Assembly (NCBI GenBank): GCA_963706445.1
Contig: OY970160.1
Coordinates: 384,001 to 448,000, forward strand
Length of the DNA stretch: 64,000 nucleotides
Direction: 5' to 3'
Source of the DNA: an uncultured Nitrososphaerales archaeon
GTDB lineage: Archaea > Thermoproteota > Nitrososphaeria > Nitrososphaerales > Gagatemarchaeaceae
Shown here one piece after another: positions 49,343-58,901 of the stretch. The notes under the pieces were generated by a model. The model was not told the DNA's origin, made no database searches, and saw only the letters and a program-made list of their open reading frames with translations. The translations under genes were made by a program, and so were the position numbers. Position 1 is the first letter of the stretch; each line of letters opens with the position of its first letter.

Positions 49343-50650
49343 CTATTTTCTGGATTTCCGCAGCTTCTCCCCGAAGCCCTCTGTCTGTTTGATGAGCTCC
49401 TCGAGGTCAGCTCCTGTGTGGCAGGTCGATATGCCGCAAGGGTGCCCGGGGAGGGAGAAGATTCCGTTCACCTTGAGGTGGAGGGAGTACTGTCTGTTGA
49501 CCGACTTGTCCTCTCTTGCAGTGTCTTCGGGAGCCTTTGGCTCTACGCCGAAGTGAGTGCCGAACAGCGAGCCCACTCCTATCGTGTGGGCGTCAATCCC
49601 CTGCTCCCCAAGAGCTGCGTCAAGGCCCTCCCTGAGCCTCGTTCCCATCCGGTCCAGGTTTGGATAAATGACTCGCGCGTTCTTCCTGAGGTGCCTTAGC
49701 GTGGCAAGTCCGGCGACCATGGTCAGAGGGTTCTCAGAGAATGTCCCTCCCCCGATCGAAACGAAACGTTCCTTTCTCGTGGGGTCGGCCAATGATAGAA
49801 TGTCCTTCCTTCCGCAGACGAGCCCCAGGGGGAGCCCGCCACCGGCGATCTTACCGAAGGTCGCCAGGTCCGGTTTGACCCCATAGTACTCCTGGGCCCC
49901 TCCGAGGGAGACCCTGTACCCCGTGATGATCTCGTCGAAAGCCAGAAGCACTCCCGTCCTTTCTGTGAGTTCCCGAAGGCCCCTTAGATAATCGCGGTCT
50001 GCGGGTATGCACCCTCCGGCGCCCAGAACCGGCTCTAGGAAGATGGCCGCAGCGTCTCCCCGGGCTCTTTTCACCTCGGCCTCGGCGGAGTCGAGGTCGT
50101 TGAAGCGCGCGTTCCGTACGTGGGCCTGCTCTTCTTCGAGTATCCCTGCGCTCTCAGACCGGTTGAACGGCCGGTGCACCCCAATATTCAGTTCTGTGTT
50201 GTATCCATGCCATCCGCCGGCCATCTTGATGATCACCCTCTTGCCGGTGAACGCTCTTGCCAGCCTGACGAGATACATGGTAGCCTCGGCGCCCGTGTTG
50301 CAAAGCCTGACCATCTCGGCGCACGGGACGGTCCTCTGGATCTCCTCCCCGAACTCGACGGAAAGGACGCTCCCCATGCCGTAGTGCGTCCCGTTAGGTA
50401 ACTGCTTCCTAAGCGCGTCCACCACCACCTTGGGAGAGTGCCCGAGTATCAGCGCCATGTGGCCCATCCAGTAGTCGGTGTACCTGTTCTCGTCGGCGTC
50501 CCAGATATGCTGCCCTTTCGCCCTGCTCACGAAGATCGGATAGGGTTCGTAGAACCTGGCGTTGTGGTTGACCCCTCCCGCAAAGACCCCTTTCGCCCTT
50601 TCAAACAGACGCCGAGAACGCGGCGTCCTCGCTTCGTAGTCTCTCGACAC
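49343..50650 (-). CDS. hemL: Glutamate-1-semialdehyde aminomutase-like class III aminotransferase
   Basis: NTGAEAT, FDEIITGYR, PDLATFGKIAGGGLP, GGTFSENP; the exact substrate is uncertain. Confidence 0.75.
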   Translation of the reverse strand: MSRDYEARTPRSRRLFERAKGVFAGGVNHNARFYEPYPIFVSRAKGQHIWDADENRYTDYWMGHMALILGHSPKVVVDALRKQLPNGTHYGMGSVLSVEFGEEIQRTVPCAEMVRLCNTGAEATMYLVRLARAFTGKRVIIKMAGGWHGYNTELNIGVHRPFNRSESAGILEEEQAHVRNARFNDLDSAEAEVKRARGDAAAIFLEPVLGAGGCIPADRDYLRGLRELTERTGVLLAFDEIITGYRVSLGGAQEYYGVKPDLATFGKIAGGGLPLGLVCGRKDILSLADPTRKERFVSIGGGTFSENPLTMVAGLATLRHLRKNARVIYPNLDRMGTRLREGLDAALGEQGIDAHTIGVGSLFGTHFGVEPKAPEDTAREDKSVNRQYSLHLKVNGIFSLPGHPCGISTCHTGADLEELIKQTEGFGEKLRKSRK

Positions 50651-50732
50651 GACCTCACGGCCATCCAGCGGTCATTTTAACACCCTTTCCCATAAGAGTA
50701 AATCATCGCTCTCTGACCGTCTTATCGGTCCC

Positions 50733-51647
50733 ATGGAGTTCACGGTCTCCCTCGACTCGCCTTTCAGCATCGAACACACGCTCGAAAGTGGCCAGCTGTT
50801 CAGGTGGGAGAAGACAGGGGAATGGTGGCAAGGCGTGGTCTCCGGCTCGGTCATGAAATTGAAGCAGGAGGGGGACACCCTAAAGTGCTCCACTGGCACG
50901 GAGCGGCTCGACAGCTCCTTCGTCAGGCGCTACTTCCGGCTGGACGACGACCTGGAACACATAGTGTCCACTCTTTCAAAGGATGACGTCATCGCCGGGG
51001 CCGTCGAGAAGTACTACGGGCTACGCCTAGTCAGTCAGGATAAATGGGAGTGCCTGGCCTCTTTCGTACTTGCCACCAACTCAAACATTCCCCGGATCAA
51101 GAAGATGGTCGCGGCAATCTGCGGCAGGTACGGCCACCAATTTGAGTTCGAGGGCGACAGCTACAGCACGTTCCCAATCCCCGCCGTGCTTGCCGCTGCA
51201 TCGGAGTCCGACCTTCTGTCCTGCGGGCTCGGGTACAGAGCGCCCTTCCTCAGGCAGGTGGCTCGGGCAGTGGAAGAGGGGGATGTCGACTTCGCCCAGG
51301 TGACCTCGCTTCCTTACGAGAAGGCCCGCCAACTCCTGCTCAAGGCCCTGCTCGGGAAGAAACTTCTCCTCGGAGTCGGGCCGAAGGTCGCAGACTGCGT
51401 CCTGCTTTACTCCTGCGGAAAGGACGAGGCCTTCCCAATCGACGTCTGGATTACCAAAGTTCTGGCGGAGTGGTATCCCCGGCTTCTCGGGCCGGCGCTC
51501 CGTTCAAGGTTCAAGGCCGAGGGGAAAATCAAACTCTCCCCGACCGACTACGACAAGATCTCAAAGAAAGCGAGGTCATATTTCGGAGTTTACGCGGGGT
51601 ACGCCCAGCAGTACCTGTACGCCACGGTCAGAGAAGAGACTCTGTAG
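50733..51647 (+). CDS. ogg1: 8-oxoguanine DNA glycosylase (OGG1 family)
   Basis: TLESGQLFRW, GLGYRA, HhH GVGPKVADC...FPIDVW, YAGYAQQYL. Confidence 0.92.
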   Translation: MEFTVSLDSPFSIEHTLESGQLFRWEKTGEWWQGVVSGSVMKLKQEGDTLKCSTGTERLDSSFVRRYFRLDDDLEHIVSTLSKDDVIAGAVEKYYGLRLVSQDKWECLASFVLATNSNIPRIKKMVAAICGRYGHQFEFEGDSYSTFPIPAVLAAASESDLLSCGLGYRAPFLRQVARAVEEGDVDFAQVTSLPYEKARQLLLKALLGKKLLLGVGPKVADCVLLYSCGKDEAFPIDVWITKVLAEWYPRLLGPALRSRFKAEGKIKLSPTDYDKISKKARSYFGVYAGYAQQYLYATVREETL

Positions 51648-51648
51648 C

Positions 51649-52131
51649 CTAGGCTTCTTCTTTCTTCTTCGTCTTCGGCTTTGCGACCCGCTTGCGGACG
51701 GCCTTCTCTTCCTTGGCCGCCTCCTCCTTGACCTCTTTCGCCACCTTGACCACTTCTTTCTCGACCTTCACCGCTTCCTTCTCGACCTCCTTCCCGACCT
51801 CTTCTTCCAACTTCTGAGCCCTTCCGTCGCCTCGGGCCTTCGGTATTGAGTGCGAGCTCCATGCAGAAAGGGATTCGACATTGGTCTTGATGACGCTCCT
51901 CCGCCTGGGGTCCAGGATGAGCCCCCAGCGGGAGGCGAGCCTCGGCTCTAGACCTGCGCTCGCCAGCTCCGCGTTGGAGAAGCCCCTGCCGAGGCGTGTG
52001 ATGGTATCTGTGCCGTGACGCGAGACCACCATCACCTCTGGTATCTTTCCCGTCGGCCGGGCAGGTGCAGTCTTCACTTTCGGCGTGGCCGCTTTCTTCT
52101 CGGCCTTTGACTTCTTTGGCTTGGAGCTCAA
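51649..52131 (-). CDS. rpl13e: 50S ribosomal protein L13e with Lys/Glu-rich extensions
   Basis: RLGRGFSNAELASAGL...DPRRRS...NVE. Confidence 0.88.
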   Translation of the reverse strand: MSSKPKKSKAEKKAATPKVKTAPARPTGKIPEVMVVSRHGTDTITRLGRGFSNAELASAGLEPRLASRWGLILDPRRRSVIKTNVESLSAWSSHSIPKARGDGRAQKLEEEVGKEVEKEAVKVEKEVVKVAKEVKEEAAKEEKAVRKRVAKPKTKKKEEA

Positions 52132-52185
52132 CTGTTTTCCGACCCGTCCCCACGGGGGATAAAACGGTTCCTCGTCCTACCCGCG

Positions 52186-52674
52186 CTAAGTCTTGGGCTT
52201 CCGGAGGCCCCAGGCCATCGAGATGGCTCCCGCCGTAGAAAGGAGTGACCCGGCGAACTCAATGTAGAGGTTCTTGTAGACAAGGTATCCCGGAACGAGG
52301 ATCGCGTCGGCCCCAATGAGAAGTAAGATGAGGCCGAATGCGAAGTATCTCCCGCTTCCAATCTGGATGGGGCTGATAACCCTCCCGCTCGGGAGTTTGA
52401 TTGGTGCGACAGCGGTAGGCATCTTCCTGAATGACGGCAGCCCTCCCTTCATCAGGCCCATCGGGAAGAACATCACCCCGAGGGCGAAGAAGATGCTCGA
52501 AGTCCCCTGCATCGCCGAAGGTTCGGGGCTGGATATCGTACAGTAACACGCGTCCCCGGAGGCCGTCATTACAGGGAATATCGAACCGTTGTAGAACAGA
52601 CTGCTGAACAACACTATCCCCGTCAGCCCCAGAAGCATGAAGACTATCGAAAGGGCCAGGAACTCCTTGTCCAA
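52186..52674 (-). CDS. Hypothetical 4-TM membrane protein
   Basis: Four hydrophobic segments; CYC in the loop. Confidence 0.7.
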   Translation of the reverse strand: MDKEFLALSIVFMLLGLTGIVLFSSLFYNGSIFPVMTASGDACYCTISSPEPSAMQGTSSIFFALGVMFFPMGLMKGGLPSFRKMPTAVAPIKLPSGRVISPIQIGSGRYFAFGLILLLIGADAILVPGYLVYKNLYIEFAGSLLSTAGAISMAWGLRKPKT

Positions 52675-52730
52675 AGCTCGATGAATGCGAGCCGTTTACC
52701 TTTCTTAAGCGTTTCTGGATTTCTGAGAAC

Positions 52731-52922
52731 TTACTGGTGAGGACTCGCCCGGCGCATCACCAAGCCGGCTGCAACGACCCCAATGACCACAACGATGAGG
52801 CCTACGTCGTTGGCCAGAGTGTATGAGTTCGCTCCCTGTGACTCGGTCGCGCCGATGGCGTAGTAGTAGATGATTGCGATAATGAGGAGGCCGACGACGG
52901 CGATCGGGATCCACAGCTTCAT
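52731..52922 (-). CDS. Small 2-TM protein
   Basis: Two hydrophobic helices, ATG start. Confidence 0.65.
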   Translation of the reverse strand: MKLWIPIAVVGLLIIAIIYYYAIGATESQGANSYTLANDVGLIVVVIGVVAAGLVMRRASPHQ

Positions 52923-53091
52923 GAGTGTTCAAAATCCCTTTTCCGTCCCCTCCATATCCTTTCCCCGCACGCGAGGACTTGGTTTGAAATCGGGTGCCTG
53001 TGCGGCAAGCCACACGATTTCGTCAGCACAGCCTCCTTTGAATCATTCGCCCCGGGAAGACTAATAGAATCGCGCAAGAAGGACCGCCCTA

Positions 53092-53385
53092 TTGAGAGGG
53101 GGGTACCTAGTTGGGGGAATACTTGTCTGCATTGCAGGAATTGGCATCGTATTCTACCAGATTTCAGAGAGCTGCGAAGACAGCACAATTGCGAGTGCCT
53201 ATGCGGGGTACCCTTGGTGTACGGATATCCTCGACCACATCAACCTGACCTTCATCGGCGTCATTGCTCTTCTAGTAGGGATAGTGGTCTTAGCGCTTGG
53301 AGGGCCCCTTCACTGGATCTTGGAACCTTCAGCTGAGCCCGAAGCCCCGGTTGTACCGGGTCAGATTTCAGGCGCGAAGGACTGA
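53092..53385 (+). CDS. Small 2-TM protein
   Basis: Two hydrophobic helices with a Cys-containing loop; directly upstream of the Rieske gene. Confidence 0.6.
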   Translation: MRGGYLVGGILVCIAGIGIVFYQISESCEDSTIASAYAGYPWCTDILDHINLTFIGVIALLVGIVVLALGGPLHWILEPSAEPEAPVVPGQISGAKD

Positions 53386-53389
53386 TAGA

Positions 53390-54370
53390 ATGGCGAAGAC
53401 CGTTTCTGAACTGCCCTGCTCAGACTGTCCCAAGTTCGCGGCTGGAACCTCAGGTGGCACCCAGGGAGGGTTCACGAAGCGCGACGCCAGGTCGAACTTC
53501 CAGAAGCTCCAGACAGTTATGGGCCTACTCCTCTTCATCTCAGCGGGAACGGGGTCCTATCTCCTGGCGACAGACAGGTCACTCTGGCTCCTCGCCGTCT
53601 CGCACGCCGTAGGCCTGATCATAATCGTGGTCATCGACGTATTCCTTGGCATGCTTAGCCTCATCTCCCCGAAGAGCGCCTACATTCCCAGTGTCGCCGC
53701 CGCTCTCCTCGGGTTAATCCTCCAGCTAGGGGACATCCTCACCGCTCCACAATACGGCTTAACGGTCCCGTACTTCGCAAACTACCTCTTCGGTCTATGG
53801 GCCTTCGACCTACTACTCGCCATCCAAGTCGCGATAATGGTGGTTGGGGTAGCCGGGAGACCCTATGCCCTCCAACTCTCCCGCAGGAGGACAAGGAAGG
53901 GCAGTGAGATGCACGTCACCAAACGAGGATTCCTAAAGTCCCTCGTAGGGATTGCAGGGGCGGTCGGCCTCGGAGTGCTGTTGAGTTCCATCAAGCTCCC
54001 TGCAGGGACACTCCAGACGACAACGCAGACTGGCACGGTCCAAGGGTCGGTTGCCAACGTCAACAGCCTGAAGATCGGGGTCCCAGTTTACTTCGATTAT
54101 CCGAGCGGATACCCGAATGCGCTAGTCAAGAACTCCGACGGGTCTTTGACAGCCCTCAGCATGCTTTGCACTCACGTTTGCTGCCAGTGTTCGTTCGACT
54201 CGGCGTCGAAGGTCTTCTACTGTCCCTGCCACGGTTCCGTGTTCGACATTTCCGGCAAGGTCGTCAACGGCCCCGCCACAGTCGACCTCCCGGTAATCCA
54301 GTTGAGGGTGGACGGCTCTGGCAACGTGTTCCCTACCGGGGTCACGAATCCTGGTCCATGCCAAGTTTAG
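53390..54370 (+). CDS. Respiratory Rieske protein with extra N-terminal 4-TM domain
   Basis: Internal Tat-like TKRGFLK, CTHVCC and CPCHGS boxes. Confidence 0.88.
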   Translation: MAKTVSELPCSDCPKFAAGTSGGTQGGFTKRDARSNFQKLQTVMGLLLFISAGTGSYLLATDRSLWLLAVSHAVGLIIIVVIDVFLGMLSLISPKSAYIPSVAAALLGLILQLGDILTAPQYGLTVPYFANYLFGLWAFDLLLAIQVAIMVVGVAGRPYALQLSRRRTRKGSEMHVTKRGFLKSLVGIAGAVGLGVLLSSIKLPAGTLQTTTQTGTVQGSVANVNSLKIGVPVYFDYPSGYPNALVKNSDGSLTALSMLCTHVCCQCSFDSASKVFYCPCHGSVFDISGKVVNGPATVDLPVIQLRVDGSGNVFPTGVTNPGPCQV

Positions 54371-54393
54371 GACTAGCCTACCAGCAGAAGACG

Positions 54394-54529
54394 TCCCGCG
54401 AGTCGGATTTGAGCCGACGACACTCCGGTGACTGTGGCCTGAGTAGGCTGAACGGGTCAGCCGATGGCCGACCTCTACAGCCGGAAGCTATTGGCCCCAT
54501 GTGGGTCTACCAGGCTGAGCTATCGCGGG
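54394..54529 (-). tRNA. tRNA-Tyr(GTA) with two BHB introns (22/23: 54490-54506; 37/38: 54430-54474)
   Basis: Acceptor CCCGCGA/TCGCGGG with A73; D stem GCTC/GAGC restored after splicing; anticodon stem TCCGG/CCGGA; both introns fit bulge-helix-bulge. Confidence 0.92.
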
Positions 54530-54622
54530 ACGAGCGACCGACCTCTCAAGATTTCTTAAGCATTTCATGGATTGTCGGCGTCTGGAGGATTTCAGATCTG
54601 GCGGTTGGTGCGGGTGCTCGAA

Positions 54623-55693
54623 TCAGAGTGATGCCAGAGAAGCATATCTTACTGCGCCTTCAACGCCCAGGTAACTCGCATCGAACCCCCCTATGCAGTA
54701 TAGATACCCTGAGGAGGTGATACAGGTCGTCGCGACGCTTGATGGGAAGTCGGGCCCACTGGTCCATGTCCCTAGCCCCTCGGAAGAGATTGTCGTGGCA
54801 TAGACTGCGTTTGTGTAGGACGCAGACTGGCCTCCAGATGTTGCCCCACCCACGCAGTAGACGTACCCCATCGACGCAGAGCAGGCCTGCCCGGTAGCCG
54901 GAAGGGGATAGGCCGTCGTGGGGATCCAATCCCCGATGCCACTCCCGGAAAGGGATGCGTAGTACACGTTGCCTAATGGGTTGTCGCTTGAGTCGACCCC
55001 ACCGATGCAGTATATCACCTGGCCTGTGGCGAAACAGCTCGGGAGGTATGCGTTGGTCGGGTACGAAGCAGTCTTGCTCCAAGCTCCAATTCCCGTCGAA
55101 GTAAGTTGGGCGTACCAGGAAGAGCTGCTTGGGGCGACAGTCCCGTCGATGCCGTCCGTTTCATTGTTTCCTCCCACGCAGTAGATGTACGAGGAAGAAG
55201 AAACGCAGGATTCGGCGTCGATGGGGATGGGGTATGCCGTCGTGTAGAACCAGGCGCCCAGACTCCCTCCGGCCCCTAACTGCGAGTAGTAGCTTGTCGC
55301 TATGTCGTCACCTCCGGGGTCATACACCCCCCCTACGCAGTACAGGTACCCAGAACTGACCACGCACGATTCGCCGCTTATCCCGGTCGGATACTCATTG
55401 GTTGACAGGGCCCACCCGGTTAGGTTCCCCGAGGCGCCCAAGGCTCCAATGTACGTTTCGTTCCTTGCCCCGCTGTTGGCATCAGAACCTCCCACGCAAA
55501 AGAGATAGGCCCCATTGGGCTCGCACTGGGTGGCACCCACCCCAACGTTCCCCGCCACCTGAATCGGATAGCCTGCACCGCATTTCCATGTCGAAGTGCA
55601 TCCAGGCCCGCTCCCGGGGAGGAAAAGGAACAAGCTTACGAGCACCAAAACCACTAGGGCGACGGCAGCCGCTACCACCCAAGAAACTCTCAA
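54623..55693 (-). CDS. Membrane-anchored Kelch-like six-bladed beta-propeller
   Basis: Six repeats of C-x8-C-x-GG...W....YP; N-terminal TM. Confidence 0.85.
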   Translation of the reverse strand: MRVSWVVAAAVALVVLVLVSLFLFLPGSGPGCTSTWKCGAGYPIQVAGNVGVGATQCEPNGAYLFCVGGSDANSGARNETYIGALGASGNLTGWALSTNEYPTGISGESCVVSSGYLYCVGGVYDPGGDDIATSYYSQLGAGGSLGAWFYTTAYPIPIDAESCVSSSSYIYCVGGNNETDGIDGTVAPSSSSWYAQLTSTGIGAWSKTASYPTNAYLPSCFATGQVIYCIGGVDSSDNPLGNVYYASLSGSGIGDWIPTTAYPLPATGQACSASMGYVYCVGGATSGGQSASYTNAVYATTISSEGLGTWTSGPDFPSSVATTCITSSGYLYCIGGFDASYLGVEGAVRYASLASL

Positions 55694-55732
55694 ACCTCTA
55701 TCCCCACAGTCTCAGGTCAGCGGGATTCTCCG

Positions 55733-56227
55733 TCAGCTGCTCTTCACGATTATCGTCCCGCGCATCCATCCCGGATGGAACTGGCAGTGGTATTCATAGG
55801 TCCCGGCAACCGTAAATGTGACCGGTCCAAAAGAGGTCCCCGGTGGGACGTCCCCGGCAGACACGCTGGCGGGGGTCACCCCCGCCGGCACGACGCTGAA
55901 TGTTGCTGTATGATCCGTGGTGTCCTGGTTCACCCATGTGACGCTGTTATTCACACCTATAACGAGGACGATGGTCGATGGCTCGAAGTTCAGCGCATGG
56001 TTGAGGTTGACGCCGTTGGGCATGATGACCTTGACACCGACGATGCTTGACGAACCTCCCCCTGAAGGCGCAGTGGAGCCCCCGCCAGAAGGTGCCGACT
56101 GGAACTTGGGCTGCAGACCAGGGATGTACAGCTCGGCAGCTATGAGGCCGGGCAATACTGCCACGGCGATGAGCAGTAGCACCACCAGGCGGCCGTCGGG
56201 TCGAGGTTCGTATTTCATTTTTTCCAC
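55733..56227 (-). CDS. Membrane-anchored plastocyanin-like blue copper protein
   Basis: WVNQD..DHT...YHCQFHPGWM. Confidence 0.9.
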   Translation of the reverse strand: MEKMKYEPRPDGRLVVLLLIAVAVLPGLIAAELYIPGLQPKFQSAPSGGGSTAPSGGGSSSIVGVKVIMPNGVNLNHALNFEPSTIVLVIGVNNSVTWVNQDTTDHTATFSVVPAGVTPASVSAGDVPPGTSFGPVTFTVAGTYEYHCQFHPGWMRGTIIVKSS

Positions 56228-56506
56228 CTAGTGTACCGATGATGCGGACCAGATGAGTAAAAGGTCTGCGCAGAAGAAGAGCGCCACCACGACGAACATT
56301 TTCACGCTCAGGTGTTCGTTCCAGAGACCCATGTAGAACAGGATTAGCGGCACCACGGCCGTGAGGGCCACGGCGCTCTCGACCGCCCCTCTCAACTCCC
56401 ATTGGACCGACGAAAGCGCCGGTATGGCGGCGACCTCTATCAGAACGGTGACGACCATCCAGGACCAGGTGGCTATGATTGTGTTTCTTTGCATTTTCCC
56501 ACTCAC
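56228..56506 (-). CDS. Cytochrome oxidase subunit IV-like protein
   Basis: 3 TM, TVLIEV, FYMGLWNE; overlaps the subunit I+III stop. Confidence 0.72.
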   Translation of the reverse strand: MSGKMQRNTIIATWSWMVVTVLIEVAAIPALSSVQWELRGAVESAVALTAVVPLILFYMGLWNEHLSVKMFVVVALFFCADLLLIWSASSVH

Positions 56507-58860
56507 ATCAGGTACAGCGCGGGGAACAGGACGACGATCATGGCGATTACGAATATCCAGAACAGGCTGAACAGGCGGAGGGAAGAGTTGTTTTCTTTCG
56601 TAATCTTCCCGCTCATCCCTTTCTTGGTTATGTATGTGAGCATAAGAAGGCCCGCAAAGACGTGGGCTCCAGACAGACCCGTCATCAGGTAGAATGTGCT
56701 CCCGGGCATGCCGCTGCTGAATGTGAACCCCTTGGCGAACTGGTCAACCCATTCGAACCCTGAGATTATCAGAAACGTACCGCCTAGGATCAGCGTCGCC
56801 ACGAGCCACTTGGTCATGCTGGCGCCTTTGCCCTCCTTGGAGTCCTGGATCGCGAGCATCAGGGTGAGCCCACTCGTGATTAGGACCAGCACGTTGAACG
56901 CTACCAGGGGGGTGTTGAAGACGGATCCGACAGCCGGCCAGTCTGGGAGATGCAGCCTGACGAAGACAAGAAGGCCCGCGACCGCAGAGAAGAAGACGAG
57001 GTCGGAGGCTAGGAAGAGCCACGTCCCCATCTTCATCCTCCAGACTCCTAGGTCGCCCCCGTCGTGTTTGAACGGCCAAATCTCGCCCACCTTCTCCTCG
57101 CCAGGCATCTTGAAGACACCGCCGAGGTCATCCTTAGCCCAGCCATAGACTCCGTAGACGGCCAGGACCACTCCGACCGCGAGGAGGGCCCAACTGAATA
57201 TGAGCCCGAGGAAAGTCAGGCCTAGACCTAAGGAGATCGTGAAAGGTCTGCTGTTTAGAGGCGTCATCACGTGAGGCGCGTGCTCTCCCGACGGGGCACT
57301 TGCATATACTGCAGGATAGTTGTCGATGTAGGATTTCGGATCAGAGGTCCACTCCGGGCCCGCAGAGTTCCACGGGTTTGGCGGCGCCGGGGTCCCCTTG
57401 TGCCTGAAGGCTTGGACGAGGACATAGAGCAGAAGGAACTGGGAAAGAATGAACCCATACGCGCCTAAGGTTTCGATGAAGTTGTAGCTCCCCCACCCCG
57501 TAGAGGCAAGGTAGGTGTAGACCCTCCTGGGCATCTCAAGAAGGTAGAACATCGGGAAGAATGTCATGTTGAAGAACACGAAGGACGTGATGAAGTGCAG
57601 TTTGGCTACAGCGGAGCTGTACATCATTCCCGTCCACTTCGGGAGCCAGTAGTATACGGCGGCTATGAGCCCGAACTCGGCGGCTCCCACCATGATGTAG
57701 TGGAAATGGCCTACGACCTGGTATGTGCCACGAAGTTCTTGGTCTAAGAGCACCGAGGAGTCGAAAACGCCGCTGATCCCCCCTATCACGAAGACCGCGA
57801 GGGCAGCCAGGGCGAAGGTCAGCGGGGCCTTGAACTTTATCGCCCCTCCCACTGCCGTAAGGACCATGCAGATGACAAGGAGCCCTGAGGGGAGGGTGTT
57901 GATCTCTGTGTTGAGATCTATGAACTCTCGCTGCAGGGGGTTGATCCCTGTCAGGAACATGTGGTGAGCGTAGATGGAGAAACTGAACGGCACGAGGACG
58001 AGACCCAGGGATATCATAAGCGCCTTCTTCGCGTAGATCGGCCTCCCGGTAAACACCATCATCACCTCGGCGATGGCTCCAAATGCGGGGAGGACGACGA
58101 CATAGACCTCCGGGTGGCCGAAGAACCACCACATGTTTTCCCAGAGTATGGTGCTCCCAGCCGGGTTTAGGAAGAAGACGGTCCCTAGCGTCCTGTCGGT
58201 AATAAGAGCGAGTGTCCCGGCGAATATGGAAGGTACAGAAAACAACAGGAGCACCTGAGTGAAAAGCGTCATCCAGGAGAATGGGGGGAGCTTCTTCCAT
58301 GTCATCCCCGGAGCCCGCATCGTCAGTACCGTGATGATCAGGTTGACGCTCCCCATGGTGAGGGAACCCCAGAGCATGAGGAGGCCAAGCCCCACAAGGC
58401 TCTCCCCTGGTCCCGGCGAGAATGTGATAGAGTTCAGGGGCGCATAGTTGGTCCATCCCGCCTGGGCCGCCCCTCCTGGTGCAAAGAAGCCCGAGATCAT
58501 GACAAGGCCACCCATCAGGTACATCCAGTAGCTGAAGGCGTTGAACCTCGGGTAGGCGACGTCCTTCGCCCCGATCTGCAGGGGGAGGAAATAGTTGGAG
58601 AATGCAGCTCCCAGCGGAGAAAGGAAGAGCAGGACCATGATTAGGCCGTGCATCGAAACGGCCTGGTTGTAGGCCGAAGCCGAGAGGATGTCCCACGGAG
58701 CGGGAAAGGCGAGCTGGGTCCTCATCAGACCTGCGAGCGCCCCGCCTATGGCCACGAACCAGATTGAGGTCCAGAAGTAGAGAAGCCCGACTTCTTTGTG
58801 ATCCGTGGTAAAGAGCCACTTCCTGAGCCAGGCGAGGGTAGGGGAGTACCCCTCCTTCAT
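56503..58860 (-). CDS. coxA: Heme-copper oxidase subunit I fused to subunit III (SoxM-like architecture)
   Basis: MHG, FGHPEVY, HHMF, HFHY, MPRR; C-terminal WLFLASD...FYLMTGLSGAHV subunit III segment. Confidence 0.95.
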   Translation of the reverse strand: MKEGYSPTLAWLRKWLFTTDHKEVGLLYFWTSIWFVAIGGALAGLMRTQLAFPAPWDILSASAYNQAVSMHGLIMVLLFLSPLGAAFSNYFLPLQIGAKDVAYPRFNAFSYWMYLMGGLVMISGFFAPGGAAQAGWTNYAPLNSITFSPGPGESLVGLGLLMLWGSLTMGSVNLIITVLTMRAPGMTWKKLPPFSWMTLFTQVLLLFSVPSIFAGTLALITDRTLGTVFFLNPAGSTILWENMWWFFGHPEVYVVVLPAFGAIAEVMMVFTGRPIYAKKALMISLGLVLVPFSFSIYAHHMFLTGINPLQREFIDLNTEINTLPSGLLVICMVLTAVGGAIKFKAPLTFALAALAVFVIGGISGVFDSSVLLDQELRGTYQVVGHFHYIMVGAAEFGLIAAVYYWLPKWTGMMYSSAVAKLHFITSFVFFNMTFFPMFYLLEMPRRVYTYLASTGWGSYNFIETLGAYGFILSQFLLLYVLVQAFRHKGTPAPPNPWNSAGPEWTSDPKSYIDNYPAVYASAPSGEHAPHVMTPLNSRPFTISLGLGLTFLGLIFSWALLAVGVVLAVYGVYGWAKDDLGGVFKMPGEEKVGEIWPFKHDGGDLGVWRMKMGTWLFLASDLVFFSAVAGLLVFVRLHLPDWPAVGSVFNTPLVAFNVLVLITSGLTLMLAIQDSKEGKGASMTKWLVATLILGGTFLIISGFEWVDQFAKGFTFSSGMPGSTFYLMTGLSGAHVFAGLLMLTYITKKGMSGKITKENNSSLRLFSLFWIFVIAMIVVLFPALYLM

Positions 58861-58901
58861 GGCATCATTGATTTCGACGTGTTCCTGAGGTTCGGGCAGC
58901 T

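Noticed and set aside
52186-54400. Integrated element at the tRNA-Tyr 3' end
   Set aside because: No integrase and no duplicated tRNA 3' end (att) were seen; flanking genes look host-like.
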